A stretch of DNA of 63,434 bases, filler included, from Basidiobolus ranarum (GCA_040143965.1; 27 parts of 27 records of this genome joined end to end with filler, not necessarily neighbours in it); one strand, 5' to 3'; shown: positions 1 to 11,802, counted from the whole stretch's first letter. Program-made: numbers and translations. Notes: generated by a model from the sequence alone, not told the origin.

Positions 1-42
1 AAAATTAAATTCCATCAAATCAAAATTAAATTCCATCAAATC
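1..42 (+). repeat. 21-bp tandem duplication at contig start
   Basis: AAAATTAAATTCCATCAAATC occurs at 1-21 and 22-42. Confidence 0.9.
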
Positions 43-439
43 ATTTTAATTCAATGTAAAAAGTAGTCCCTCAAAAGTATCATCATTCCAGTATTGAGTA
101 TACGTCAATGGATTGCTTTTATTATTCTAGTATTGAATATACCAATCCCTTGATTTTCGATATAACCAATTGAGTCTCTAAAGCGGACGATTATTGGATT
201 TGATTCGACAAAATTCCAATTTCCTATTGGATCAATCTAGTTGAAGTTTAAACGATTCGTTGATTGTTATTGTTTGTTTACTTGTGAATTGCTGAGACAA
301 TACAAAAATATCAAAACAAATGCATGGATTCTATACTAAATGCTAAACGGATAGAATAGTAGACTTCACCACTTGACCTTACCTTTTGAGTTTTCTTCGC
401 AACCTTACAGCTAATTCCTAAATACACTGTTTCATAGTA

Positions 440-2261
440 ATGCCGACAATGGACTCCGATGCTATGAACGTCGATTCCCATGAGGAGAGTAAACCTCGTT
501 TAGTCATTAAGAAAATGGCCTTGATCAATTTCAAATCCTACGCAGGTCGCCAGGAGATCGGTCCTTTTCACAAGTCCTTTTCTGCAGTAGTTGGTCCCAA
601 TGGTTCCGGAAAGTCCAACGTCATCGACTCTTTATTGTTTGTCTTTGGTTATCGAGCCAATAAAATGCGTCAAGGAAAACTTTCTGAGCTCATTCATTCC
701 TCTGCCAAATACCCGAACCTAGAACATTGTACAGTGGAGGTACATTTTCAAGAAATTTTGGATTTACCTGGACCGGACGCTTACAAGCCTGTTCCCAATT
801 CAGAATTGATTGTATCTAGATCCGCATATCGTAATAATTCTAGTAAATATTTTATCAATGGAAACCCTAGTAGCTACACCGAAGTTACTACTCTTCTAAA
901 AGCAAGAGGTATCGATCTGGATCACAAACGTTTCTTAATTCTTCAAGGTGAAGTGGAATCCATCTCCCAAATGAAACCAAAGGCTGCAAATGAACATGAA
1001 GACGGGCTTCTAGAGTATCTTGAAGATATCATTGGTACATCCAAGTATAAGGAAACCATCAAGGAAGCATCTCAAGAGTTGGAGAAATACAACGAAGAAC
1101 GTAGTGAGAAACTTACCAGAGTAAAAATTGTCGAGAAAGAGAAACAAAGTTTAGAATCCAAGAGAGCTGAAGCCTTGGACTTTGTTCGATCCGAAAATAA
1201 CCTGGTGTTGAAGAAATCCACCCTATATCAAGCCAATATCATGTTATGCGATAGAAATATCGATAATATGTCTCAAAATATCGAGAAATTCCAAAATGAA
1301 CTTCAAACTGAGAAAGAGAAACATTCCACAGTAAAAGACGATTTATCTATTCTTGAAAAAGATTACAATACCACCGTGAAAGAATACGAAGACATTGGCC
1401 AGAAAACAAATGAGGTTCTTAAAGAACTTGCCAAATACGATCGTGAGGACATCGAACTTCAAGAAAACAAGAAACATCTGAAATCCAAATTAAAGAAGAT
1501 CGCCAAGGAGTATCAGAAGGTTTGTTATACTGCCCTCTCACATTTGATTAAGTATGTTATATTTACATAATGCCATTATAGGATGAATTGAGGAAAGGTG
1601 AGCTGCAGAATTGGTTTGAAAATCACTCGGAGGATTTGGAAAAAGGAAAATCCGAGATCACCACTTTAGAGGAGAGTCTAACTCGAGAAGAAGCTACTCT
1701 GGAGGAAATTACTGCGGGTTTGAAGGGTAAAACCGAGAAATTTTCTGTAAAAATTGAAGCAAAGCAAAAAGAGCTTGCTCCTTGGATTGAAAAAATCAAT
1801 GAAAAGCAATCACAAATTGATGTTGCTCAATCAGAACATCAAATGCTAGAAGCAAGATCTACTGCCGGCCAACGCTCTCTCGAAGAGGCTCTTATGGAGC
1901 TGAAAGACACCAAGACCTCTATCAAGGAGAAGAAAGTTGAGTTGGAGGAATTGCAACAAGAAAAAGATCTTAATGATAAGAAGGTATCATCTTTAGTACG
2001 CAAATTGGAGTTGACTCAAACAAAGGAACTGGAGTTGAAATCAGTCGTTGGTAGAGCTCGTGAAGCAGCCCAAGAAGCTCGCAGCTCCTTACAAGCTGCT
2101 AGCTCTAAAGGAACAGTTCTAAGCAGTCTTCTGAGACTTAAAGATTTAGGTCGCATCAAAGGAATCCATGGTCGTCTTGGCAACTTGGGTGTAATCGATG
2201 ACAAATATGATGTTGCCATCTCTACTGCCTGCCCCTCTCTTGACAACATTGTAGTTGATAC
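440..2261 (+). CDS. SMC4: Condensin subunit SMC4, 3'-truncated at contig end; exons 440-1519 and 1582->2261
   Basis: NFKSYAG..IGPFHKSFSAVVGPNGSGKSNVIDSLLFVFG (Walker A), RFLILQGEVESI, coiled coil, hinge GRLGNLGVIDDKYDVAISTAC. A GT..AG intron at 1520-1581 joins the two ORFs in frame. Confidence 0.97.
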
Positions 2262-2361
2262 NNNNNNNNNNNNNNNNNNNNNNNNNNNNNNNNNNNNNNN
2301 NNNNNTTAATTAATTAANNNNNNNNNNNNNNNNNNNNNNNNNNNNNNNNNNNNNNNNNNNN
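2262..2361. other. Artificial contig spacer N44-TTAATTAATTAA-N44 (first of 26)
   Basis: Identical 100-bp spacer with stops in all six frames starts at 2262, 4623, 6983, 9343, 11703, 14062, 16420, 18777, 21134, 23490, 25845, 28199, 30553, 32906, 35259, 37611, 39962, 42313, 44663, 47012, 49361, 51709, 54056, 56401, 58746 and 61091. Intervening contig lengths never increase. Confidence 0.99.
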
Positions 2362-2427
2362 CTAGTAAACCGAACGAAAAGTTACAAAACAAGTCGGCAA
2401 CGGTAAATCAAATACGAATATACTTAC

Positions 2428-2768
2428 ACGCCATAAATTCGAATTCTGGGAGTAAGTTGGTACAGAATTTTGAGGTCTTCAATTACTTCGTCTTGAGTAT
2501 CTCCACACCCAGGATATTGAACATTCAAAGGAGTGTAAGCTAGACCCCAAAAAGACCGTGAATAACTAGAGTTTGATTGTATCTTAAGGTCTGCATTGAT
2601 AGGGATATCCGGGTTAGTGTAGGCTCCTTTTGAACCGTTATTTTGACCTCCTTGGTTGTCCTTCTTACGCGTAAAGTGGTAACCGAGACCACCAGCAATT
2701 GCAGCTACAGCAATAACTGTCACCACAGCAATTATGATTTTGGTTCTCTTAGTCAAGGAACCTTTCAT
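2428..2768 (-). CDS. Membrane-anchored glycoside hydrolase family 17 (beta-1,3-glucanase-like), first exon only
   Basis: MKGSLTKRTK plus one TM helix, then FWGLAYTPLNVQYPGCGDTQDEVIEDLKILYQLTPRIRIYG, typical of fungal GH17 N-termini. GTAAGT donor at 2427. Confidence 0.8.
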
Positions 2769-3394
2769 TGGATATGTCACTGATTGTTGTATACACGAGT
2801 ATCGAAAGAGATTAAAAATGAAAGCATATGAGAATGATGTATATTTATAGAAGAAACGTTGAATTCCATGTGCCATCACTCGACCAATAGTGAACTATTT
2901 AGGGCTCTAATATATCCTCTTGTGCTACTTCAAATAATTCTGTTAAAGCTAGACTATGTGTTAAGTAATTGTATATCAGTTATACGCCTTTGAAAGTGCC
3001 TCAATCCTTCGAATTGGTTGGATGCATTTTTAGCACATGCATCACAAGGCAATCAATATATATGTTAATGTACTGATTACGCTTTATTCTCACTGAAGAA
3101 TTCTATACCTTGTTTATTTTTAGATTGCTATGGCGCTATTTGCATGGTAACATGGCCTCATACGGTAGATCCCAACATCAGGTTTTAATGGGGTCTTTTT
3201 ATTTCATTCCAATATGATGGCTAAAGGTAGATGTGAGTGGATGTTTGTTTCGGTAGTATGGAATAACGATATAAATACTACTTCTAAACACATATATTGA
3301 CTACTTCGAGAAGGGTTTCCAATAATGAATATATCAAAAAGTACTTGGGTCATGGGAATTAGTATATACATATATGGAGTTACATGCGAATATT

Positions 3395-3958
3395 TTATAT
3401 CAGAAGAACCAGAAGTAAAAGAATAAATAGAACGACTATCAACACCGTAATACAACACGTTGATTCTGTTGATTTTTCAAGACAAAGAATGTTACCAAAG
3501 AGAGTGGAAATAAAAATATTGAAAAAGCAAAATACATACCTGAGCTTTTCTCTAAGAAACGATCGACCCGTTTACGTGCCATCTTCAATTTACCATCAGT
3601 ACTATCTAACTGATTGTCAAGATCTTCTAACAGCCTATAAAAAGTGGATGGTGTTAAAAGATGTTGGAAAGTTTCCCTCAGAAAATTATCGTAGCTGTAA
3701 TTACATATGATGATCATCTAGTTCCCCACCCATCGTAACTGCTATTTCACGAAGATTGTGAACAGTATTAAGAACAGAGTCCAATTGTTGGTCTTGTTCA
3801 TCCATTAATAGCTGTATGAATTAATAGTGTTAGAAACGATATATAGTAGCTATAATATACTCTATTTGTACCCGTTGTTCAGCCTGTTCAGAACCTATGA
3901 AACGATCGTTTTCATTCTTACTTCTAGAGGAGCTTCCCTCACTAAATGGATCCGACAT
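3395..3958 (-). CDS. Qc-SNARE, Tlg1/syntaxin-6-like, 119 aa; exons 3958-3872, 3811-3705, 3634-3540, 3465-3395
   Basis: Three GT-AG introns give MSDPFSEG...EQDQQLDSVLNTVHNLREIAVTMGGELDDHHMLLEDLDNQLDSTDGKLKMARKRVDRFLEKSSESTCCITVLIVVLFILLLLVLLI*, a SNARE motif plus C-terminal TM anchor. Confidence 0.85.
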
Positions 3959-4270
3959 CTTTAGAATCTTCGTGCTTTAGTTTTAAGTAATAACAAGCCA
4001 TGATGTTATCAGGAACATTTCTCCAATTAAGAAACACGTGATCCTCTGAAAGGCTTAATGAAGATCGATTTATAGTGCTTGATAAAATTGGTAAATTCCC
4101 ATTAGTTTCAAATATTACCATTATGGTGTTAGATATATAGATAGATAAATTAAAGAAATTGGTAGTATGAAAGTAGACTTGAAGATCAAGATTTATATAT
4201 AATACATTGTTTATAATCATGGTCAATATATGCTATATGCACTTGACAATAGACAGGTTGAATTGATTAA

Positions 4271-4622
4271 TTATTCATTCTTTCTACCAAATAAACTTTT
4301 AATCTTGGACATCATGCCATCGGAATTCTCAGTTTTCTGCTTCTGTTCTATTTGAGGCTTTTCCTCAACTACACACTCTTCTTCACGAACACCAGTTTGG
4401 TTAGCAGTGGAGGTAGGTTTTTTCATCATACCCATGACCTCAGTCATATCCAGCTTGATTCCACTATCTTGCAGGAGTTTGGTTAATTGTTGAGCTTGAG
4501 TACGAACTTGAGGGTCACTCATGACACGCATAATTTGCATAAAGTTAGGAGGACTTCCACTGGCCACGTTAACACCTTTACTTGAAAGAAGGGTGACAAG
4601 GGATTGAAGAGATTCGAGGACT
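4271..4622 (-). CDS. Hypothetical protein, 3' part (5' end lost at contig end)
   Basis: Open frame runs to the contig end: ...SLQSLVTLLSSKGVNVASGSPPNFMQIMRVMSDPQV...GMMSKIKSLFGRKNE*. Confidence 0.65.
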
Positions 4623-5185
4623 NNNNNNNNNNNNNNNNNNNNNNNNNNNNNNNNNNNNNNNNNNNNTTAATTAATTAANNNNNNNNNNNNNNNNNNNNNN
4701 NNNNNNNNNNNNNNNNNNNNNNACTGCAAGAGGTTTGTTCGTTCAGGTGAACTAGCACCTAACTCACCTATAAACAAAAGTCGATGAAGAAAACAAACAA
4801 AGCCTTGCAAGTAGACAATAAAGTAACAAAGCAGTCAAACAATATCGGAGAAAAGCTATCCATTCATCCTGATACAATTGTCATTTCAGAATGGCCAAGG
4901 TTGCAACTGAGCAGGGTAAGAGTACGATCTATTCAATTTGAATGGATTATTTAAAACGCAGATCTCGCCACATGTGGTTGATGCAGTCATCATTGATCGG
5001 AGAATTCCCACAGGTTCACTATGCTTGTGGATTCATTGTTCAGCTGCACTGTTCCTTCTAATCTACAAGTACATGCATACGCTATTCAGCCACAGAATAA
5101 AGTATTGTGCAAAGTTATTTATTTGCAGTCACCAAATATGTTTCGTATCAATGCAAAGTGTACATGTTGGAATGTTTTTGCTATT

Positions 5186-6000
5186 CTATTCTTGAGGAGA
5201 TGAGGTAGCTTTTTCTTTCAAAAGACGAGCCATTGCGTTTCTAAGGTTGGTTTCAGCTCTCTCGATACCAAGTTCTTTAGCTGCTCTGTATTTTTCAACA
5301 GCGTCCTCAAGTTTGCCTGAGGCATCGAGTAATACACCATAGTTGTAGAAGATTTCTCCATCATAAGGAGATAATTTAGATGCCTCCTCGATATGCTCAA
5401 GTGCTTTCTCAGAATTCTTCAAGTGCATGTAGTAAACACTGGCAAGGTTAAGATGAAGATCTGAGTGAGAGGGTGATAAGTTTAAGGACTTTGTCCAAGC
5501 GTCGACGGCTTCTTGGGGCTTTTGAAGTTGGTAATAACATACACCAATATTGTAATAGCCAGTTGCTGTAGGCTTGGCATCTACGGATTTTTTATAGCTT
5601 ACAATAGCTTTTTCAAGTTCACCGTTGTTTAAGGCTTCAGTACCTTCTTCGAGAAATTGTTGAGCTTGTTCCTCAGCTTCGCTGAAGGTTCCACTAACAT
5701 TGTTGTAAAGAGGAGGGGTCGCCACAAAATGAGCTACATCATATCGAAGAAAAATAAATAGCCGAGATAAAGTGCAAATAAATAAGAACGAACTCACCTT
5801 GACGAGCGAAACATTTCTTAGCGACGGGTAAGATACAGGGCCTCAAGCTAGCTTGTTGAACTACAAATTTATGTTAAGAAAAGTTAGGTAAGAAGCAAAG
5901 AGAATAAAGGGTTCTCTTTATAAGTAGCACCTCTGAGAGAACGGAGGGCGAGAGGAGCAATGCGCTTCAATAGACCAGAGTTGGCAACGAGACGATTCAT
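5186..6000 (-). CDS. TPR-repeat protein with a likely mitochondrial presequence, about 226 aa; exons 6000-5931, 5860-5798, 5733-5186
   Basis: Arg/Leu/Ser-rich acid-free N-terminus MNRLVANSGLLKRIAPLALRSLR. TPR motifs YYNIGVCYYQLQKPQEAVDAW and YNYGVLLDASGKLEDAVEKY. Two phase-compatible GT-AG introns. Confidence 0.85.
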
Positions 6001-6166
6001 TTTGGTACAAGATAAGGTATTGAAATTGTCAGCAAGTCTAATTTATGATACCCCGACCATAGATACTAGAAATTTTTATTCGTCCGCCTTATCTGATATT
6101 CCAAATACTATATTTCATCATTTGGTGTGGGGGAATATAATCGAGGCTATCCTTGGTGTACTCACG

Positions 6167-6982
6167 ATGTATTCTTATTTTTTGCCTCTTTTAATATCCT
6201 TGGCTATTCCCGCTTTCTTTATATATGTTTTTTGTGTAGCGCGTCCACCCTCGGCTTCGATCCCTTTCTTTGGCTCTGGAATGAAAAACATATTACTCGT
6301 TACAGCGCATCCCGATGATGAGTGCATGTTTTTTGGACCTACTCTATTAAACTTGCAAAAAACGTCACAACTTCACGTTCTCTGTCTATCAAAGGGTATT
6401 TTATATATAACGCTATGTTTTCATATGTATTCTCCTCTCTGACTCAATGGAATATATATCCAGGGAATCATGACAAATTGGGAGAGATTCGTGAGAAAGA
6501 ACTCGTCGACAGTTGTAGAGTCCTAGGTGTTAAGCCAGAAAACGCACATTCTCTAGATCATCCGTACGTACAACAAATGTTCAATTTATACAACAATATT
6601 CGACTAAAGTGTTATAAAGAGAACTGCCGGATCATCCTACTAAAGTTTGGCACGCAGCCGTTGTCGCGAAAGTGGTTGAAGAATATGTTACCAAGCATAA
6701 GATTGATATGGTGATTATTTCAGTTAGAGTGTTTGTTTCCCATCAATTACTCATAATATTGTAGATTTTAACCTTCGATACATACGGTATCTCCAGTCAT
6801 GTCAACCATATCTCCACTTATTTTGGTATCAAGTGAGGCTAAATCGTATGCACTTTAAACGAGTACATCAAACTCACATGGACGTCACTATTTAGGTACA
6901 TGCTGGCCAGCTCCGCAAAATACAACTTCGATAACTTGCCCACATACACGTTGACCACGGTCCCATTGGTCAGAAAATATAT
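6167..6982 (+). CDS. GPI12: N-acetylglucosaminyl-PI de-N-acetylase (PIG-L/Gpi12), multi-exon, 3'-truncated
   Basis: N-terminal TM, LLVTAHPDDECMFFGPT motif, LCLSKG|NHDKLGEIREKEL, and ILTFDTYGISSHVNH (second metal-binding motif), separated by short GT-AG introns. Confidence 0.93.
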
Positions 6983-7082
6983 NNNNNNNNNNNNNNNNNN
7001 NNNNNNNNNNNNNNNNNNNNNNNNNNTTAATTAATTAANNNNNNNNNNNNNNNNNNNNNNNNNNNNNNNNNNNNNNNNNNNN

Positions 7083-7483
7083 AAGTTCTTTGCAAGTTCT
7101 CTTGTATTGTTGCCTCCTGTGCTTGTAATGGCTAAAGAATCGACCTTTGTCGATATCTCATCTGTCAGCCAGCAGCTCAACCTTCCACGTCTCCTGCTCA
7201 GCTTCCACTCCACCCAGACCAATTATTCACACCAGCAAGCCTCCGCCACTCAAAATCATGTGAAATGATCATGGCCAAAATTCATACTCTATATGGTGCC
7301 AACATCGACGTGAGTGTCTGCCTCAATTTGGGAATCAATATTGACCTTCTTCGTCTTGCTCGTCTCAAATGCTGTGTGATTGTTGATGCTGCTCAGATTG
7401 CTAGTGTGAGCGTTGAGCTTGAAGTGTGCAATTTATTTGACGGTAGAATTAATATTGGTTTGGACAATTTAATCGGACTTTAA
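7083..7483 (+). pseudogene. Internally deleted, frameshifted paralogue of the secreted Cys-repeat gene at 8528
   Basis: Signal peptide KFFASSLVLLPPVLVMA is joined directly to the Pro-rich linker with the first two repeats missing. That frame stops at TGA near 7266; the last two repeats are in another frame and closely match 8990-9200. Confidence 0.75.
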
Positions 7484-8451
7484 TACCAGAAAAATCGGAC
7501 TTGTTTATGATCGTGATATTGTTTGGTGTATCGAGTATCTCTACTAAGCAGTGAATAATTTTTATGTATGTCTGCATATAGGTATTATCGACCAGTGATT
7601 GATTTGATTACTCTTAATAAAACTCTTCTTCATAAGTACTTTTCATGATATCTCTTATACTATAGCTTCTAAGTTGATTTGTGAAAAACGTTAGAGAATA
7701 ATTCTTTGAAGGTAACCATGACATTCACATTAATAGGGTGCCTCTCTACCCTTATTGAGTGCTAAAATTATTAATTTGATTGGTAATAAATATTCGTATA
7801 TAAATTAGGCTCGTAAGACCACTTGTATTGACTGATAAATGAGCAATAAGTTGACAATTAGCACGTTGTTTGGGTTCACTGACTGAGTAATCATCTGAAG
7901 CCAAATGTTACTCTTCTAAGTGGTGACTATATAGCATATGTTTCCAAAGCAATTAATTGGAGTAAAGCAGGAAAACTAAAACGTGGTTTGTCATATAAAA
8001 GTAGCTTTTAATGTGACAAAAGTCGTGTTCTTTTCATTAGATTTTTATAAGATCACGTTTATGTGTACTAAACTATGTATGAGATGAGTTAAGCGAAATG
8101 AATTCAATTAGGATTTGCAGTCCAAAAAAGGGATTTTCTCTATCTTCCATTCAATTAATCGAAGTTGGCACATGCTGCAGTAACCTTAAAGAGGAAAAAT
8201 CAGACATATGGTCTGAATTGTGCGTAAATCGATTTACAACGATTATAGATACTAAATGATCATCTTAAATGCTCTAACTAAAATTCGATCAAATTGCGAA
8301 AAGCTATTGTTAGTACGGAAATAACTCCCAAATGAATGATATTTTGCACATAATTATTTGTGCTTTGAAGTGGTGTACAAAAATACTGCTCAGTAGACGT
8401 TAGCTACATGTTATACGAAAATTTTGACCACTCGGAAGGAACCAGAGAAGA

Positions 8452-8458
8452 TATAAAA
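8452..8458 (+). promoter_or_regulatory. Putative TATA box of the 8528 gene
   Basis: TATAAAA about 70 bp upstream of the ATG. Confidence 0.5.
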
Positions 8459-8527
8459 TAAGGAAAAGTCATCCATCGGAATAGCAAGTATACAGTTCTC
8501 AAATCACCTCCCTAATCATTCGAAATC

Positions 8528-9211
8528 ATGAAATTCTTCACAAGTGCCCTTTTAGTGTTGCCTGCTGTGCTTGTAATGGCTCAGGAACCAACCCTTATCG
8601 ATATCTCACCCATCGTTGCGAAACAGGCAGATTCTATCTGTAATGGTGTGGTCGCAAGACTGGCTATCTTTGGAGTCCATGTGGATGCAAATGTTTGCCT
8701 CAATGTAGGTATCGCCGATTTAATCTCAAGCGTCCAAACACCCTCTATCATGACGTGCGCAGAGGCCGTCACAGCTATCAGCCTTCTAGGAACTGAAGTT
8801 GATATCAATTTGTGCTTGGATACTGGCAGTCATGGCAAAGAGAACGCTGATATTCTCATGACGAGAGATGGTAATATGAACGTCATGCACAAAAAGCCTG
8901 CAGTTCAACCACCCACGCCTCCTACTCAGCCTCCAGCTTACCCAATTCAATCGTCCCCACCAGTAAGTACCCGTCACTCAAAGTCATGTGAAACAATCAT
9001 TGCCAAAATTCACACTCTATGTGGTGCTAACATCGACGTGAGTGTCTGCCTTAGTTTGGGAATCAATATTGACCTTCTTCGCCTTGATCGTCTCAAATGC
9101 CGTGTGATCGTTGATGCTGCTCAGATTGCTGGCGTGAGTGTTGAACTTGGAGTGTGCAATTTGTTTGATGGTAGAATCAATATTGGTTTGGACAAAATCA
9201 ATGGTCTCTAG
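8528..9211 (+). CDS. Secreted hydrophobic Cys-repeat protein (four C-x18/19-C repeats, Pro-rich linker), 227 aa, intronless
   Basis: Signal peptide MKFFTSALLVLPAVLVMA. Repeats CNGVVARLAIFGVHVDANVCL, CAEAVTAISLLGTEVDINLCL, CETIIAKIHTLCGANIDVSVCL, CRVIVDAAQIAGVSVELGVCN. Confidence 0.85.
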   Translation: MKFFTSALLVLPAVLVMAQEPTLIDISPIVAKQADSICNGVVARLAIFGVHVDANVCLNVGIADLISSVQTPSIMTCAEAVTAISLLGTEVDINLCLDTGSHGKENADILMTRDGNMNVMHKKPAVQPPTPPTQPPAYPIQSSPPVSTRHSKSCETIIAKIHTLCGANIDVSVCLSLGINIDLLRLDRLKCRVIVDAAQIAGVSVELGVCNLFDGRINIGLDKINGL

Positions 9212-9442
9212 TTCCAGAGCAATCATGGATAGCCTTAGAATCGGCCCTGAATTCAAGTAAATTGAGTACCCATTGACAAAATCATTGGTCTTTAATATTT
9301 AGCGATTATGAGTGGCAAGTCTTAGTAAATGGAATTTCTCATNNNNNNNNNNNNNNNNNNNNNNNNNNNNNNNNNNNNNNNNNNNNTTAATTAATTAANN
9401 NNNNNNNNNNNNNNNNNNNNNNNNNNNNNNNNNNNNNNNNNN

Positions 9443-11702
9443 GACTTCACTCTCATCACTTGTACCGACCTGGATAACAACTTGGTAGCGATATTGAGTG
9501 AGTTCATTGATGCTGCTACCAGTCTTCGTCAAGATATTCACCTTGGAGATCTCGGGAATTTCTTCTTTGAGTGCAAAGAAAAAGGCAGGATCAACAAGCA
9601 ATTCCTTCTCACTCAGCATGCTGTCTGCTATACGTTGCTCCAATTCAGCTAATGTGAGGTCATTGTGAACCTTATGCAACTCCATGGCCGAATGGAAGTG
9701 CTCCAATAAGACAAGACTACGAATATCACCGAGGAAGATATGACCTTCTGGTCGTAAGAGTTTGACAGCTTTCACAACTACCGCCTTGAGATAGTCAATG
9801 TTGGGGAAGTACTGAGCTACCGAGTTACATATCACAGTGTCAAAGCCTCCTTCTTCCATGCCATCCAGTTGATCTCCACCTCGCCTCTCTAGTCTGACCT
9901 TATCACGAAGAGAGTATGTATCGAGGTACTTGTTGACATAGGATAAAGCAGCGGTGGATACATCAGTGCCAACATAGTGATCACAGTGAGGGGCAATTTC
10001 GAAGAGCAGCATGCCAGTTCCACAACCAATTTCAAGAATATCATTACCTCCAAGTTGTCTAATTCTGGAAATTGTATCGTTTAACCATTCTCTCATCTCA
10101 TCACCGGGGATGTCTTCACCAGTCAGTGTGCATTTCCAGCCAGTGATATTGAACGACGGCTCAGCTAAGTCTTCATCCATGTCGTCATATACATGTTGGT
10201 CAAATACAGCGCCCCATTCATCCACTTGTTGAGCATTCATTCCAGATGTTGGGTTGGAATCGACAACGACATAGGCGACCAGTTGTTTCTCACCAGATGG
10301 ATCATCACGAGCAATCACAACACACTCCTTGATTGAATCTTGTTGCAAGAGAGTGTTTTCTACTTCACCCAATTCGATTCGGTAACCTCGAATTTTCACC
10401 TGATGATCCATGCGCCCAACAAATTCAATATTACCATCACTTTTAATACGTCCCAGATCTCCAGTGCGATATAATATCTCCCCATCACACTCAGCATTTG
10501 GATTAACCACGAACTTCTGAGCAGTTAGTTCTGGTTGATTTAGATAGCCTCTAGCAAGGCCATCACCAGCGACACAAATCTCACCCACGAATCCGACTGG
10601 GACTGGATTGAGGTTATTGTCAAGAATATAAGCTCTGCGATTGGATAGCGGTTGTCCAATAGGAATATTGTTTGAAATTTCGTTAATCTCGTACCAAGTG
10701 GAGAAGGTGGTGTTCTCGGTAGGGCCGTATACATTTAATAATCTGGGTCGGTTTGATATGGCGAGGAATTTGTGGACAAATCGAGGGTCTATTGCTTCAC
10801 CACCAACAAGAACATGCTTGACATGGTGGAATACAGAAGGCGCATCTTCGACAGCACGATTGAACAACGCTGCAGTCAAGAATGTTATTGTGACTGATTG
10901 GTTGATCATATTTCTTGAAAGAGCAGCCAAATCAATAACGTCAGAGTGACTGATACACACTATAGTGGCCCCATTTAAAAGTGCTCCCCATATCTCAAAA
11001 GTGGAAGCATCAAAGGAGGAACTTGCAATGTGGGCGATCTTGTCATTATTTTGAATGCCAATATACTTTGTATCCTTAACCAAACTAACGATGGATTGGT
11101 GTTGTACTTGAACACCTTTAGGAGCTCCAGTGGAGCCCGATGTATACATAATATACGCAAGATTAGTTGGTAAATGACAGACTTGTGTAGAAACATGTAA
11201 CGAACTCATAATATTGGATATCTCATCATCCAAGCATATAATTCGGTGATGACTTTTCGGTATCATTTCTATGGTTGATTTCTCACAGATTACGAGTGAA
11301 GTTTGAGTATCTTCAAGGATGAATTGTATTCTATCAGGTGGAAATTGTGTGTCCAACGGTACATATGCACCACCTGACTTCAGTATTGCAAGAAGAGCTA
11401 CAATCAAGAGCGGAGAGCGTTCCATGTAAACTGCGACTGAAGACTCAAGTTTCACTCCCAGACTAACGAGATAAGATGCAAGTTTGTTGGTCATATGATG
11501 GAGCTGAATGTATGTGAGGGATTCATCGTTATGTACCACGGCTGTAGCATTTGGCGCGTATTTTACCTGCTCATCAAATAGCTGTACGATCGATTTCTCT
11601 CGAGGGTATTGAGTTTCCGTCTTATTCCAATTCAGTAGTAAGTTCTCTCGCTCCTGATTCTCTAAGAGATTGATCTCTCTTAGAAGTTGAGAAGGAAATG
11701 TG
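9443..11702 (-). CDS. Non-ribosomal peptide synthetase internal fragment: adenylation domain interrupted by a SAM-dependent (N-)methyltransferase
   Basis: Frame is open across the whole contig with no introns. A-domain cores LAYIMYTSGSTGAPKG, SFDASTFE, NVYGPTE, GEICVAGDGLARGY, YRTGDL, GRMDHQVKIRGYRIELGEVE, then MT motifs ILEIGCGTGMLL, NSVAQYFP, FLGDIRS, NELTQYRY. Confidence 0.97.
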
Positions 11703-11802
11703 NNNNNNNNNNNNNNNNNNNNNNNNNNNNNNNNNNNNNNNNNNNNTTAATTAATTAANNNNNNNNNNNNNNNNNNNNNNNNNNNNNNNNNNNNNNNNNN
11801 NN

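Noticed and set aside
5960-6166. N-terminal extension of GPI12 from the ORF-track start at 5960
   Set aside because: It overlaps exon 1 of the divergent TPR gene. The ATG at 6167 directly precedes the expected TM anchor.
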